A stretch of 64,000 nt of DNA from Monocercomonoides exilis PA203 (lineage: Eukaryota; Protista; Preaxostyla). Shown here in pieces: positions 1-12,131 of the stretch; position 1 is the first letter of the stretch; every line of letters begins with the position of its first letter. A model generated the notes under the pieces. It was given only the letters and a program-made list of their open reading frames with translations, was not told where the DNA came from and made no database searches. Location: contig LSRY02000052.1 in assembly GCA_001643675.2 (NCBI GenBank), positions 558,001 to 622,000 of the forward strand, given 5' to 3'. The position numbers were made by a program, and so were the translations under genes.

Positions 1-1498
1 GCCTTTGGAGGATGCTGTTTTGGGCAGCGAGTATATCATCACAACGTCGATGAACCAGCTGCTGAACATCAACTTGGCTTCTCGTTCAACCTCCTTCATT
101 CAGAGCTGGAACCATCTGTCTCGCGGAGAAACGCCTTTGGAGTGGCTCACTCTGTCGCCCACAAACAAAAGCATCATGTTTTCTTCATCAACTGATCCTC
201 ACCTGCCTCTGCTACTTCCGTGGACAAACTATCTTTTGGGTGTGATTGAGCAGCTGCACCGCTTGTTCTCCTTTATTCCTACCAGCCACCGCGTTGTACA
301 GGAAACAGACGCTCCTCTGTCCACCCCGTCTCTTCTGGCAAAGGGCGAAATTGCACTCAAATCGTCGCTTGCCATTCAGCCAGACTTTCTCGTTGAGCCA
401 GAGGCATTTCTGGTGAGCATGCAGCTGGAGGCCACAAATGCAATCAACTTCTGCATTGCTATCAAGTCGCAGATGAATGAAGATTCGATGCATCTGCAAT
501 CGCATCGCACAAGAGACAGATTCAACAGACAGAACACTTCTCTGCACTCATCGAGAATTCGCCAGCTTCCTCTTCCATTCACATTCGCCTTTGTTCATCC
601 TAAAGCCAATTCTTATTCATCCTCTTCTTCTTCCTCTGCTGCTGCTAATTCTTCCTTCGTTTCAGCTCTGCGCACAAATAAAATTTCTGCCCGCCAAACG
701 CTCTCAACAGGAGCAAGTTCTCTTTCTATGTATCCTCTCGTATGCTTTTCTGATCTTTATATGTTACTTCTTCCAACGCACATCCAGACATTCGACAGCA
801 TCCCGCTCAATCAAGCAGCCTCGATGAAAATACGATCCTTGTCGTCTCTTTATTGGGGAGGAGTGCGATTGGCCAGCTCTCCAAACTCTGAATACAGCCT
901 CAAGGAAATGAAAATGTATTATTCTCGAAGTTCGGATGATGTACCATCAGCATTCGCAACCGCTTCATCGTCTTCTTCAGCTCTGTCATCAATCAATACA
1001 GACAATCGTTCTTTTGCAGCTGAACAGCCATCTCAAAATGACAGAAGAGTAAATTTGGTGCCTCGTTCTCAGCATCATTCGAGGAAAACGCTCGATTTCT
1101 CTCTGCAGAACATTTCAAAGTTTATTGTTTCTCTTTGCGAGCCGGATAAAATAAACACGCTGAACGGGATAAGCTCGCCGATGGCAACAAATGAAAAGAT
1201 GATGGGATTGCCATTTCTCCGAATGATTATTTGCATAAGGTTGACTAATAACACTTTCTGTACGTTAAATGGAAATCCTGTTGATGATTCACTGCTTCAA
1301 TCTTCAAATATTCTTCGAATTCCTTTATCGGCAAGAAATTTCTTCTACAAAATTAAAAACAGCATTTTAGCAATACGAGAAGAATCAACCACTTTTCAAC
1401 TTCAAGGAATGCCAACTTCTAAAGCTACAGCAACACTTACCCCTCATTTTGATTCTTTTCATTCATTCTCTTACTTCAAACTTTGTTCAACATCTTAA
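1..1498 (+). CDS. 3' part of a hypothetical Ser-rich protein (open from window start)
   Basis: Uninterrupted ~497-codon frame ending TAA at 1498, coding-like GC then AT-rich intergenic DNA; no recognisable domain. Confidence 0.7.
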   Translation, partial: PLEDAVLGSEYIITTSMNQLLNINLASRSTSFIQSWNHLSRGETPLEWLTLSPTNKSIMFSSSTDPHLPLLLPWTNYLLGVIEQLHRLFSFIPTSHRVVQETDAPLSTPSLLAKGEIALKSSLAIQPDFLVEPEAFLVSMQLEATNAINFCIAIKSQMNEDSMHLQSHRTRDRFNRQNTSLHSSRIRQLPLPFTFAFVHPKANSYSSSSSSSAAANSSFVSALRTNKISARQTLSTGASSLSMYPLVCFSDLYMLLLPTHIQTFDSIPLNQAASMKIRSLSSLYWGGVRLASSPNSEYSLKEMKMYYSRSSDDVPSAFATASSSSSALSSINTDNRSFAAEQPSQNDRRVNLVPRSQHHSRKTLDFSLQNISKFIVSLCEPDKINTLNGISSPMATNEKMMGLPFLRMIICIRLTNNTFCTLNGNPVDDSLLQSSNILRIPLSARNFFYKIKNSILAIREESTTFQLQGMPTSKATATLTPHFDSFHSFSYFKLCSTS

Positions 1499-1678
1499 AA
1501 GAAATTGTTTTATTGTTATTAGTTATTTTTTAAAACTACATTTTCGTTATTTATGAATATGTAAAAGTGTATTTATTGATATTTAATGATCAAATTCTCC
1601 AACATAAAATTTTATTTATTAACTAAAAGTTAACTTTTTAACAAAAAAACATTCTTGCATGTAAACAATCATGCACAT

Positions 1679-4600
1679 ATGTTATATATCTTATTGATGG
1701 TGATGTCTGCGCATGCAGAGTTATTTGTGCCTCTTAATGCCGATTCCTCTGCCTCAAATTTTTTTGAGCAGTGTTTTTCGCATGCATTATTTCGCAAAAC
1801 TTCATTTATCAATAAAAATGTTAACGCATCAACTGTTTTTATTCTTCATGCATTCCATCATTTAAATTCTTCGGTTAATTTTGTTAATTCAGTTTTTTCT
1901 CTTCAAGAAAATTCATCATTCATATTTGACCACTAAAATGCTCAACATCATTTAAAGCATGCTTCGTCTGCTTTAAAAATATTGTGAACAATTCTCCATT
2001 TCACATTTCTGGAAAATTTTCATTTTCAAATGTATCTATCATTCTTCCGAGTTCTTTTCTTCCTTGTGAATTGTTCCTTCTTTCAGTAAAAAATGTAGCT
2101 ATTAATGTTGATGAAATGAACTTTAATTCACTTCAATTGGATATCGGCACATCTTTGTCCAGTGGATGCGCAGACTTGGTTTCTTGTTTTTCATGTCGTT
2201 TTTTCAACCTTTCAATCACATCCAGAAAAAAGTTCAAAGATGATATCATTTCCTTATCTACAATTCACAATTTTCATTCTCATTCCTGTTTTATTGGTAA
2301 CAGCATTGTGCTTTCATTCCCACCTGTTCCGGCTCCATTCATGTCCATCTGTTCAAATTTTAAATCATTTAACACAACTTATTCTAATCTATCTAGAATG
2401 AAATGGAATGTTAAAAACATTGAATATTCAGATCAAACTGTTATTACTGAAACAAATTCGTTTGTTTCTGATTTATTCTTACACTGCTCAACTGAAGTTG
2501 AAGATGGCAAATGTTCTTTAACAGACCACAAATGTAATGGTGGTGCAATTTTTGCATTTTCAAACACAAGCCCAGAATTAGACAGGTGCTTCAATTCACT
2601 GAACCCTTTCACCATTGCCAAAGAACTTTTCGTTAGTCGTTGCAGCTTCCAGCAGTGCAAAGCATCAGGAAGAGGTGGTGCGATTTTCGTTAAAGGATTT
2701 GGTAAAGTTCAAATAATGTTTTCTGTTTTTAATGCGTGTCAGGCATGCTGCGGAGAAGGGGGCGCAATCTCTTTGAATTCTGTGCATGATGGGTCTGTAT
2801 TGGGACATGTAGAATTGAAGCAGTGCTCTTCATTTGATAATAGCGGATGCTGCATCCAATTTAGTTCATGTCAAGGCGTTTTGATGAATGAGTGCAATTT
2901 AACAGACTCCTTTATTCCTATTCAAATGGAAGATTGCATTCAGCAACTTTTTCATTTGGATGATGCTTATCAAAATGATGAAGTTCATTTAGTGTGCAAA
3001 TGGTCTGGATCTCTTGTTCTATTTGAAAGCAGCGAAGGTATTGTTCATTCTACTTCTATAACAAATTCACCTGTTGGTGGGTTAGAAGCTCGCGACAGTG
3101 TCATAAGCTTGGAAAGCTGCGTCTTCAAAGGCAACAATCCGAACATTGAAAAATATCAGTCGGCTCGGAGAAATGTTCATTGTGTTGATTCTGGTTCTTT
3201 GAATGTATCTGGCGTGGAAGAAGGAGATGGAGTAGGAGAAAATGACTCACTTTGGATTTTGAATGAAGGTTGTGTGCTACTCGGCATCGCTTCGGAGCGG
3301 ACATCTCCGTTTTTTGTTCCGCAATTGACGTCAGTTAGCAGCGTGAGCGATGACAGCACCACATTTCTCACATTCATTGGGACTCTTCTATTCCCATGTA
3401 ATTTGTCATTCCAAATTGTCACAGAAGTTGGAGAAGCAGAGCTTTCACGAGAATTCAAACTAACCGAGTTTGTATCAGAAACAGAGGTTAGAGGCTCCAT
3501 CCCTTCCTTCACCGTGAAATCTGCACCAGACGAAGCAGAAATAAAAGTTCGTCTTGTTTACCAGACGGCTTCTAGTTCAAATGTAACTAAGGCTGTAGTT
3601 TTGAAGCCGTTCAAAGAACCAAAAACAAGAAATCAAATGGTTGTTATTATTTCGATTGCCTGCAGCATCGTTTTTGTTGCCTTGCTGCTTATTGTTGTTG
3701 TTGTCATTGTGGTTGTTCGAAGGAAAGTCAATTTGGCAAACCGCAAAATTGAGATTGAACTTTCTGCAAAGCAACCGGCGGCAGAAGTGAATGGAGACAG
3801 ATGCAACATGGAAGTCGAGTCAAACATCACGTCGACATCTCGGCCTCCGTCCAGCGCGCTCCAATCAAACGACTCTCAGTCCAACGGCATTTTGTCTTCG
3901 GCAGAAGAAATCAACAGAGTCAGCAGCGCAGGCAGTGCTTCCTCTTTGCCTTCTGCCATCCTGTCTGAGCTGACAGGATCAGAGCACGGCGCAGCCTCAA
4001 CTCCCGACAGCGTCAAGGGAGACCTCAAAAAGCTGAACTTATTCAACAGCAAATCTGATTTGGGGCCGCATCTTCTGCTGCCGAAAGGCTCAGAGTGTTT
4101 TCCAGACTACCAAAACGACAATCACCTTCTTTCACATTCACAATCATGTCAGTCACAATCCTCCTTTCATCCGATCGTCAAGCCATCTCCTTATCCTCCG
4201 CTGGGCGAAGAAGACTCGATTTCTGACGAGCCTTCGCAGCTGTCTTCTCTTCCTTCGTCTCCTTTTTTTCCTTCCTCAATGGTATTCCCATCACTTGCAC
4301 CGGAATCTTCACATCCACAACAGTCGTCATCATCATCTTCTTCTTCTTCAGCTGCTTCTTCTTCGATCATTGCAAGTGACTCATTTACTTCAACTCAAAC
4401 TCCTTCGCTTTCTCCCTGCACTCCAACATCTTTGCGTTCTCTTCAGCATTCATCCCGAATGTCGTTGTTGTCACTGGATGCTGATTTGAGCTCGCCTCCC
4501 AGCGAAAACATTTCAGCTGATTATCTCCCTTCTTTGTCTGATGGCATCACTTTCATCGCTCCAAAGAGGCAGAAATCTGCTCCTTCAACTGTCACCTCAA

Positions 4601-5193
4601 CGAGAAATCCTGTCAACTTGTCTGTGACTGTGCCAACGCCACTGAACCTGTCTAATCTGTCGTCCCAATACTGCAATCCTTCGTCATCTCCATTTTCTGT
4701 AACTTCTTCGGGTCATTCATCCTCAGCTATCATCTACTCCTCCACTTCCCCCACCCTCTTGGCATGCACCTCTCCTCTCCCTGCCACCCTCTCTCCGCGT
4801 GCCTCTCCCTCTGTGTCTGTTTCATCGACTGCCTCGTTTTCCTCTCTTTCGAATCATTCGCCTTCGATCTCTTCTTTCTCTGCCACGTCGCTTTCCTCCC
4901 ATTCGCGCACATCACACATCCACCAGCTCTCTGGCATGTCTGGTGCATCTGGCCTGTCCTCGCTGTCGCTGTCTCTTTCCACTTCTTTCCACTCCTTCGA
5001 TTCTCGGCGCTCGTCTGCTGCTTCGTCAAAGCTGTCAAAGCCATCAATGGCCGAAGGGAGCTCACTTGGCTCTGACCTATTTGCTCCTGTTACTATTAGT
5101 GATTTTAACATATACATTTCACAACCTTCTGATCAGGAATTGTCAACGGAATTGCAGCCGATATCACTTGATCAATCAACATTCAAAACATGA
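1679..5193 (+). CDS. Type I membrane protein: signal peptide, GGAI/FxxC beta-helix (pectin-lyase/Pmp-like) ectodomain, one TM helix, Ser-rich tail; apparent 1-nt frameshift near 1930
   Basis: ATG 1679 gives MLYILLMVMSAHAE (signal-peptide-like); that frame stops at 1936 while the long frame opens at 1930; motifs NGGAIF, GRGGAIF, GEGGAI; hydrophobic IISIACSIVFVALLLIVVVVIVVV followed by RRK. Confidence 0.7.
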
Positions 5194-5439
5194 GTAATAA
5201 AATCAAATGCAAATGTGATATTATCGTTATGTTACTCAATATTATGTTTGAAATATTTATTTTTTAAATATTATGTACATAATTATTTGTGAAATTGGTT
5301 ATTAATAGATTATATTGCTTCCTTTTGTTTTTGAAAAAGTTAAAGCAATTCATTTTCATTTTTTCATTTTTTGTTTTAATATTGATATTACGAAGAACAT
5401 CTTTTTGTGTAAATAATTTACCCATAAGAAATTATTTTG

Positions 5440-6223
5440 ATGGGGCCAGAACAAAGTCTCCCTTCTGCTGGCGGCCCAGTTAAACCTGGAGATGGTGATG
5501 TATCAACACAATTGCAAAAACTTAATCCAGATATCAATTTTTCACGGGTTTGTGTCGTTATTTTTACAAAAATAAATGAAAAGTTAACATAATTTAAATA
5601 ATGAAGACAAAGGTTATTGGAGAACTTCCTCCTCAACTTGAGGGATCAGAAAAAAGGGGGGTTATAGAAAGTGTACAGCTGCGTATGTTTCAAGGCTTTT
5701 TATATCTTTAAAAAAATTTGGAAATTTATTTTTTAGCTCAAATGACATCTGGAGTTTTACTTCCTTTTATATACGGTCTTGAAAAGCAAAATAAGGATAA
5801 AATCGGTTCCGCAAAGCAAAAGCAAGAACAAATTGTTGGATATGTTCGTTATTTAAGGGAAACTCTGCTTCCAATTTGTAATGAGTTATACAATTATGGA
5901 ACTGACATCACCTCACAAGCTCCCGGACTAACAAAAGAAAGTATGACCTTTCATTTCAGTGAATGTTATGATTTTTGAACAATGATTGAATTTTAAAAAT
6001 AGTTATTGATGTGAAAATCGAAATAGATCATCTTTCTGAGCAGTTAAAGAATATAACTGAGCAAGTGTGCATAATATGCTTCAAATTTTCTTTTTCATCT
6101 GTCTGTAAATAACTTTCTTTTAAGGTGAAAGATCTTCAGCGAGCATTGCCTAATACTCTTTCAATTCCTCCTTTCGAACAGAATAAAAATTATCATCGTA
6201 TTCTTCAAGATGAGTACTTTTGA
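5440..6223 (+). CDS. Five-exon coiled-coil protein, BORCS5 (myrlysin/LOH12CR1)-like
   Basis: Four GT-AG introns give MGPEQSLPS...KQKQEQIVGYVRYL...IDHLSEQLKNITEQVKDLQRALPNTLSIPPFE...; N-terminus resembles BORCS5 MGSEQS and C-terminus resembles its LNSMLP..LEPF end. Confidence 0.5.
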
Positions 6224-7089
6224 TGAGTGATTTATCATAATATTTTGAGTTTTTTCATTACATAACTCTTGTTATACATCTCAAATTTTTTTAAAGTATT
6301 TTTGTTTAAATAATAAATTTCTCATAAAATTAAAACTTGTTTGATTTTTGAAAAAATTGATTTCGATTAATATTTTTCTTGCCTTTTGTTAATATCATGC
6401 AGTAGAATAACATTTTAAAGAATTTGAAATCATCTAAGGATGTTCAATATATGTTCAAGGCTGAACAACAAAAACTGGATAATTGTTGCGAAAAATGTGG
6501 ATATCAAAAAATTGTCAAAAGGGCAATGAGAATTAAAAGTCAACAATTGACTCTTTCTAAAAATGAAATCAAATTATGATAAATTATCTGATTCAAATTT
6601 ATTCTTTATAGATTTCAATTCAAAAAAGTTGCTGTTATTTGCAGAAATTAATTAACAGCATTGCTCACAACATCAAAGAAGGACACTTCTTTTTCTGATT
6701 TCAAACAATATGAATCAAAAATTTCGTTGCATTTTTTTTTTTTTTGAAATGAAAAATGTTCACTTTCCTTTGATTCCTTTCACAAAATTTGTCGAGTGTT
6801 GATTTTCCCAAATATTACTCTTCATGATGCTTTGATGTTAGTCCAAATGCATCAAGCCACATTTGAAATGTGGTTGACTTTTGCAATTTTTATTAGTTTT
6901 TAAAAGAAGTACTAAAACATTCTTGAAGTGTTTTATCTTGTTAGAGTTGCTTGATGCAACATCTTTGATTTAAAAGAGCAATGAATGTTTGTGAAAGAAT
7001 TGAGACTGTAAAGAAAAAGGCAATGTGAGTTGTATAGAGTCAAAGTGACGGAAATAAAATATGGTGGGAAAATGTTGATTGAAGACTTA

Positions 7090-9070
7090 TTACTGCTCCT
7101 GTCTTTCTCTTGGAGCGGCAGTAAGAATTGTATCCACACGTAAAATCAGCTCGCATGCTTCGCTGGCTGAGTTGAGGACTGCATTCTTAACACGAATAGA
7201 TTCCACAACTCCCAACTTTTTCATGCTCCCAACTTTGCCTGAATCCAGATCCAACCCCAAATCACATTCACCAGATGCTGAATCTCCTGCTTCTTTTCTC
7301 TTCAACGAATGTTCATAATGTGCTGCTCTGAGCTGGGATACGATCTCATGTGCATCATAACCAGCATTGTCTGCAAGAATTGTGGGAATTTGGCGAAGAG
7401 CACTTGCAAATGCAAGCATAGCCAATTGCTTTTTGCCTCCTGTTCTATTCGCTTCCTCTTCAACTGCTTGTGCCATAACCATTTCCACAGAACCACCACC
7501 ATACACAACACGGTGATCGCGGGCAGTCTGCTGAAGCACGCAAAGGGCATCATGAAGAGATCTCTCAGCCTCATCCAGCACGTGCTGATTTGCTCCACGA
7601 AGCACAATAGTTGATGCTCCTTTGAATGGTAAACCAGAAAAGCGGATGACACGATCTTCTCCAATTATCACTTCTTCAATCAAATCGCATGTTCCCAGTT
7701 TGTATTGTGTGCCTTCACTGAACTCACCCACAATCTCTGCACCTGTCACCTTTGCCAATCGTTCTATTCCATCAAATTCTGCATGTTGAATGGAGACAAC
7801 TCCTTTTGAAGTGAAAAGTTGTTGTGGATAATCGTAGATTAAGAGGCGATTGATAAATACTGTGCAGCCCGAGGAGCAAATTCTGTCGACTTTCTTCTTC
7901 ATCTTCTCTTTTTCGGCTGCTTCCAATTCAATAAGATCTTCCATTTTCGATGTTTTAACTTTTGCTCCATATATTTTAATCTTATCAGCATCCATTCCGG
8001 TGTTTGCAATCATGATTTTTGGATGCTCAACTCTGTGTGGCTGTCCAACACCAATGGACTTTGGCAGCAATATTCCATCATCCAAATAACTGTCAGCAAG
8101 TGTTCCTCCAATCTTCTTTATAAATCCAATTGATTCAAGACTCACATCCTATGAAAATACAAATATTTCAATTGTTAATACAAAAAAATACATGAACGTT
8201 AAGTTTTTTGTTTTATTTTGTTGCGTAAAGTGCACACATCTCCTTGTCTCAAGATGGCTTCAACTGCCATTCGCGAAAATTGTTCTCTATCTTGAGTGAG
8301 GATCTTGGACGATAGCGTTGTTCGAGCAAGATTTAATAGATCATTCATGTATTTTTCTAAATAAATTTTCGTAAAAAATTATTGAAAAAAGGCAAAATGT
8401 ATAAAAAGTGGTGCACCTTTATCTTCTGAATTATCAATAGCACATTTTAACAAAGCTTTTTGAGCAACTTCTTGTGCTTTCCTGAAACCTATAATAAAGA
8501 AAAAGCATTCAAAATAAAAATACTAATTGAGAATCAAACCCATGATGATTGTTTGAGGATGGATTTTTTTATCAACCAATTTTTCTGCTTCGGCAAGCAA
8601 CTCACCAGTTAAGACAACAACGCTAGTTGTTCCATCTCCGACTTCAGAATCTTGTGTCATTGAGACATTAATTAGAATTTTTGCTGAATTAATACAAAAA
8701 CATGAAAATCATTGAATAAAAAATCCAATATCATGATAAAAATTGGTGATAAAATTCTGTTTATCAAAAACAAAATGAAATATTCAAACCAGCAGCATTA
8801 TCGGATGCCAAGCTCTTCAAAATGGTGGCACCATCATTTGTAATTGTTATCTCTTTAGGATTTGTTGTGCTTTGCATAATCTTATCCATGCCTTTTGGGC
8901 CGAGTGTTGATTTGACAAGATCTTTCACCGCAATTGCTCCAACAAAATTTGACTAATAAAAGAAAGATGAAATAAGCGCAAAGTTGATAAATATTATAGT
9001 AGCAAACCATCCTCGCATTTTCAGCTTTGTCTTCACTTGCCCCTTGCCTCAGAATTGGATTTACAGACAT
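7090..9070 (-). CDS. CCT2: T-complex protein 1 subunit beta (CCT chaperonin), multi-exon
   Basis: [21 protein letters not shown] start; [26 protein letters not shown] in upstream exons; last exon has [24 protein letters not shown] and [13 protein letters not shown]. Confidence 0.96.
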
Positions 9071-9255
9071 TTTTGAATTCTTTGATCTGATCTTTAACCA
9101 ATAGCAGTAATTTTTTCTGTTTTGAGTTTATTGGGAAAAGCACTACACAAAAAATTTATTGTAAGCAACGTGTATTTTTTGATAAGATGTAATGAGAATT
9201 TTCAAAATATATATTATGATGGTTATCGATCATTCTCAATTTAAAATAAAGACTT

Positions 9256-11532
9256 ATGAGAGAAATATTAACAATACAGTGCGGACAGTGCGGGAATCAA
9301 AGTTTTGTTATTGATATTTATAATTTGTTATTAGTTGTTTTAATGAATGAATGATACGTTTTTGCTGAATAATTTTTATTGAAATTTTTTTTAGTCGGGA
9401 ATGAATTTTGGAAAAATATTACAACTGAGCATGGAATAGAATTAGATGGAGTATTAAAGGATGAAGCTGCAGCTGTGGATGATCGAAAAGATGTCTTTTT
9501 TTACCAAGTTTGATTTTATAAAGAAAATTCTTTTTCCTCAATTCAAAAATAATATTACATTCTGCTTCATTAATACAAATGTTGAAATGTAGGCCGATGA
9601 CGATAGATTTGTGCCTCGTGCAGTTTTAATTGATTTGGAACCAAAGGTACTTTTTTAAAGATTTGAATAATTGTATTATCAATATTGCTAAATTGCAATA
9701 TTTTCTTTTTATTAAACAGGTTATCGGAGGGATTAAAAATGGACCAATGAAGCATTTTTTTAATCCAGAAAACTTTTTTATGCCAAAGATATCAGAAGGA
9801 CGAGGGGCAGGGAATAATTGGGGAGCAGGTTGAAATCCATTTTTTTATAGCATTTTTAAAGGACTTGCAAACATCAATATATAATGCACTTTAATAGGAT
9901 ATGAAATGGCAAGCAAAACGCATGAAGAGCTGTTTGATCTCATTGATCGAGAAGTTGATGGATGCGACAGCTTAGAGGTTGAAACATTACTTGCATTGAT
10001 TTTAGATTTTACGTATTTTAATATTCATTACGTAAATATATATTTCTTAAAACAAACAATATGGTTTGCCTTCTTAATAGGGTTTCACTTTGTGCCATTC
10101 AATTGCTGGAGGAACTGGCTCTGGTTATGGATCCTATCTTTTGGAGCAATTAAGTGACAGATATCCACATAAAGTTCTTCAAACGTATTCAGTGTTTCCC
10201 AATATGGCTGGGGCAAGCGATGTGGTGATCCAGCCGTACAACTCCTTGCTTACGTTGAAGAGGTTGGAAGAGTGCGCGGACAGTGTGGTGGTGCTGGACA
10301 ACACAGCACTTTATCGTATTGCAGAAGAGAGGCTGAAGATTGCTGATCCATCGATGGCCGATTTGAACACGTTTATATCATCTGTCATTGCTGCGTCGAC
10401 ATCAACACTCCGGTTCCCATCATACATGAACAACGATCTTGTTTCTATTCTCTCTTCTCTAATTCCAACTCCGAGATGTCATTTCTTGATGACTGCATAC
10501 ACCCCGTTCACTTCAACCACAGTTGTTTGTTAACAATTTTCCGTTTTGTAATTTTGTTTTGTGTTCTGTTCTTTTTACATCTATTACTTATTGTTGAACA
10601 CTTTTCCTTTTAATTTTTTATTTTGTTTTATTTTAATTGAATTGATGAAATTTCTAATTTTTTTTTCATCTTTTTATGACAAACTTGATTTGACAGACAC
10701 AATCAATTCGAAAGACAAGCGTGATGGATGTGCTTCGTAGACTTTTACATCCTCATCAGGCGATGGTTTCTGTTTCTACCAGTCGCGGGTTTTTTTCGTC
10801 TTTGTTGGCAATCATACAGGGAGGAGGTGCAGGAGGAGGCGAAGGAGTGGAACAAATGCAAATACACAAATCACTTCAACGGATCAAAGAAAGAAAGATG
10901 ATCAACTTTATTCCCTGGGCGCCTGCCAGCTTCCAGATCACAGTAGCTAGAAAGTCGCAATTTGTGGAGCAGAGAAATAGGGTAACTGGGCTGATGTTGG
11001 CAAATCACACGAGCATCAGAACTGTTTGTTAAGATATTGAAACTTTATGTGCATTATATTGTTTATTTTTTATTATGATAATTAATTGTTTAAATTTTGA
11101 CAAACATGAAATTTGATATTCAGCTTTTGAAGAAGAACTACGATGAATTCAAGAAAATGTACGACAGACGCGCTTATCTTCAGGAATATGAAAAGACATC
11201 ACTGTTTTCAGACGGAACATCTGAATTTGATGAGGCTGCGTTTGTTTTTTTTTTTTTTTTTTTGAAATTGCATATTTCTTTTCGGTTTTGTTTTGGAAAT
11301 TATACACATTTTATTTTTAATTTAAATATTCTTTATGCATAACATTTTTTTTATGAATTAACTTTTTATTTTAAAATTCAGTGAGACTGTGAAATCATTG
11401 ATTGACGAGTATCAAGCTATGGAATCTCCTTCATACACTGAATGGGGAACAGAAAGAGAAATGGACGAAATGGCTCCGATGTCTTCATCTGCAATTCCTT
11501 CTACTTCTTTCCCTTCTTCTACTCAGCCATAA
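9256..11532 (+). CDS. TUBG: Gamma-tubulin, eight exons
   Basis: [17 protein letters not shown]...[92 protein letters not shown]; GT-AG introns; TAA 11530-11532. Confidence 0.95.
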
Positions 11533-12131
11533 TTTTTATTTTTATTTTTTTACTCTCTTTTTATTGTATTCACTTCACAATTATTAATGTTTGTGTTATT
11601 TTGCTTTTTTTTTTATTCACATATTATGTTTTTTAAATCAAATGAAGTCACAATCACAACAAACAAAAATTATGATACGAATCACTTGAAAATATGATAT
11701 AGGATTGTTAAGTCCAAATGATTAAATGATGATCTTAATAAGTGTTTCATTCATTTTTTCTTTCAAAAAGTTTTTTTTTTTTTTTTTTTTTTTTTCATTT
11801 CATCAAATTAATGCGCATTTGATAATTGTATCAGAAACGGTAAATTATTTGATTTTTGAAAAAACAATTATACGCAAACTAGTTTTATCTTTTTTAAAAA
11901 TTTTATTGGATTTCAAAGAAGATGAAATGAAAGGCTTAATAAACCAAAAGCAATTGATGATACGAACTTATGCCAAATATAGAAATCCAAAGCATTGCTA
12001 AAAACAATTATAACTAATAAAAATAAAAAACATATTTAAAATTCTTCAAAAGCAACTATAATGCTATTTGTCTAAAGATCAATATTGTGTAAAAAATGAA
12101 AGCAAAATTTTTAAAAAAAAGCAAGTTTATA

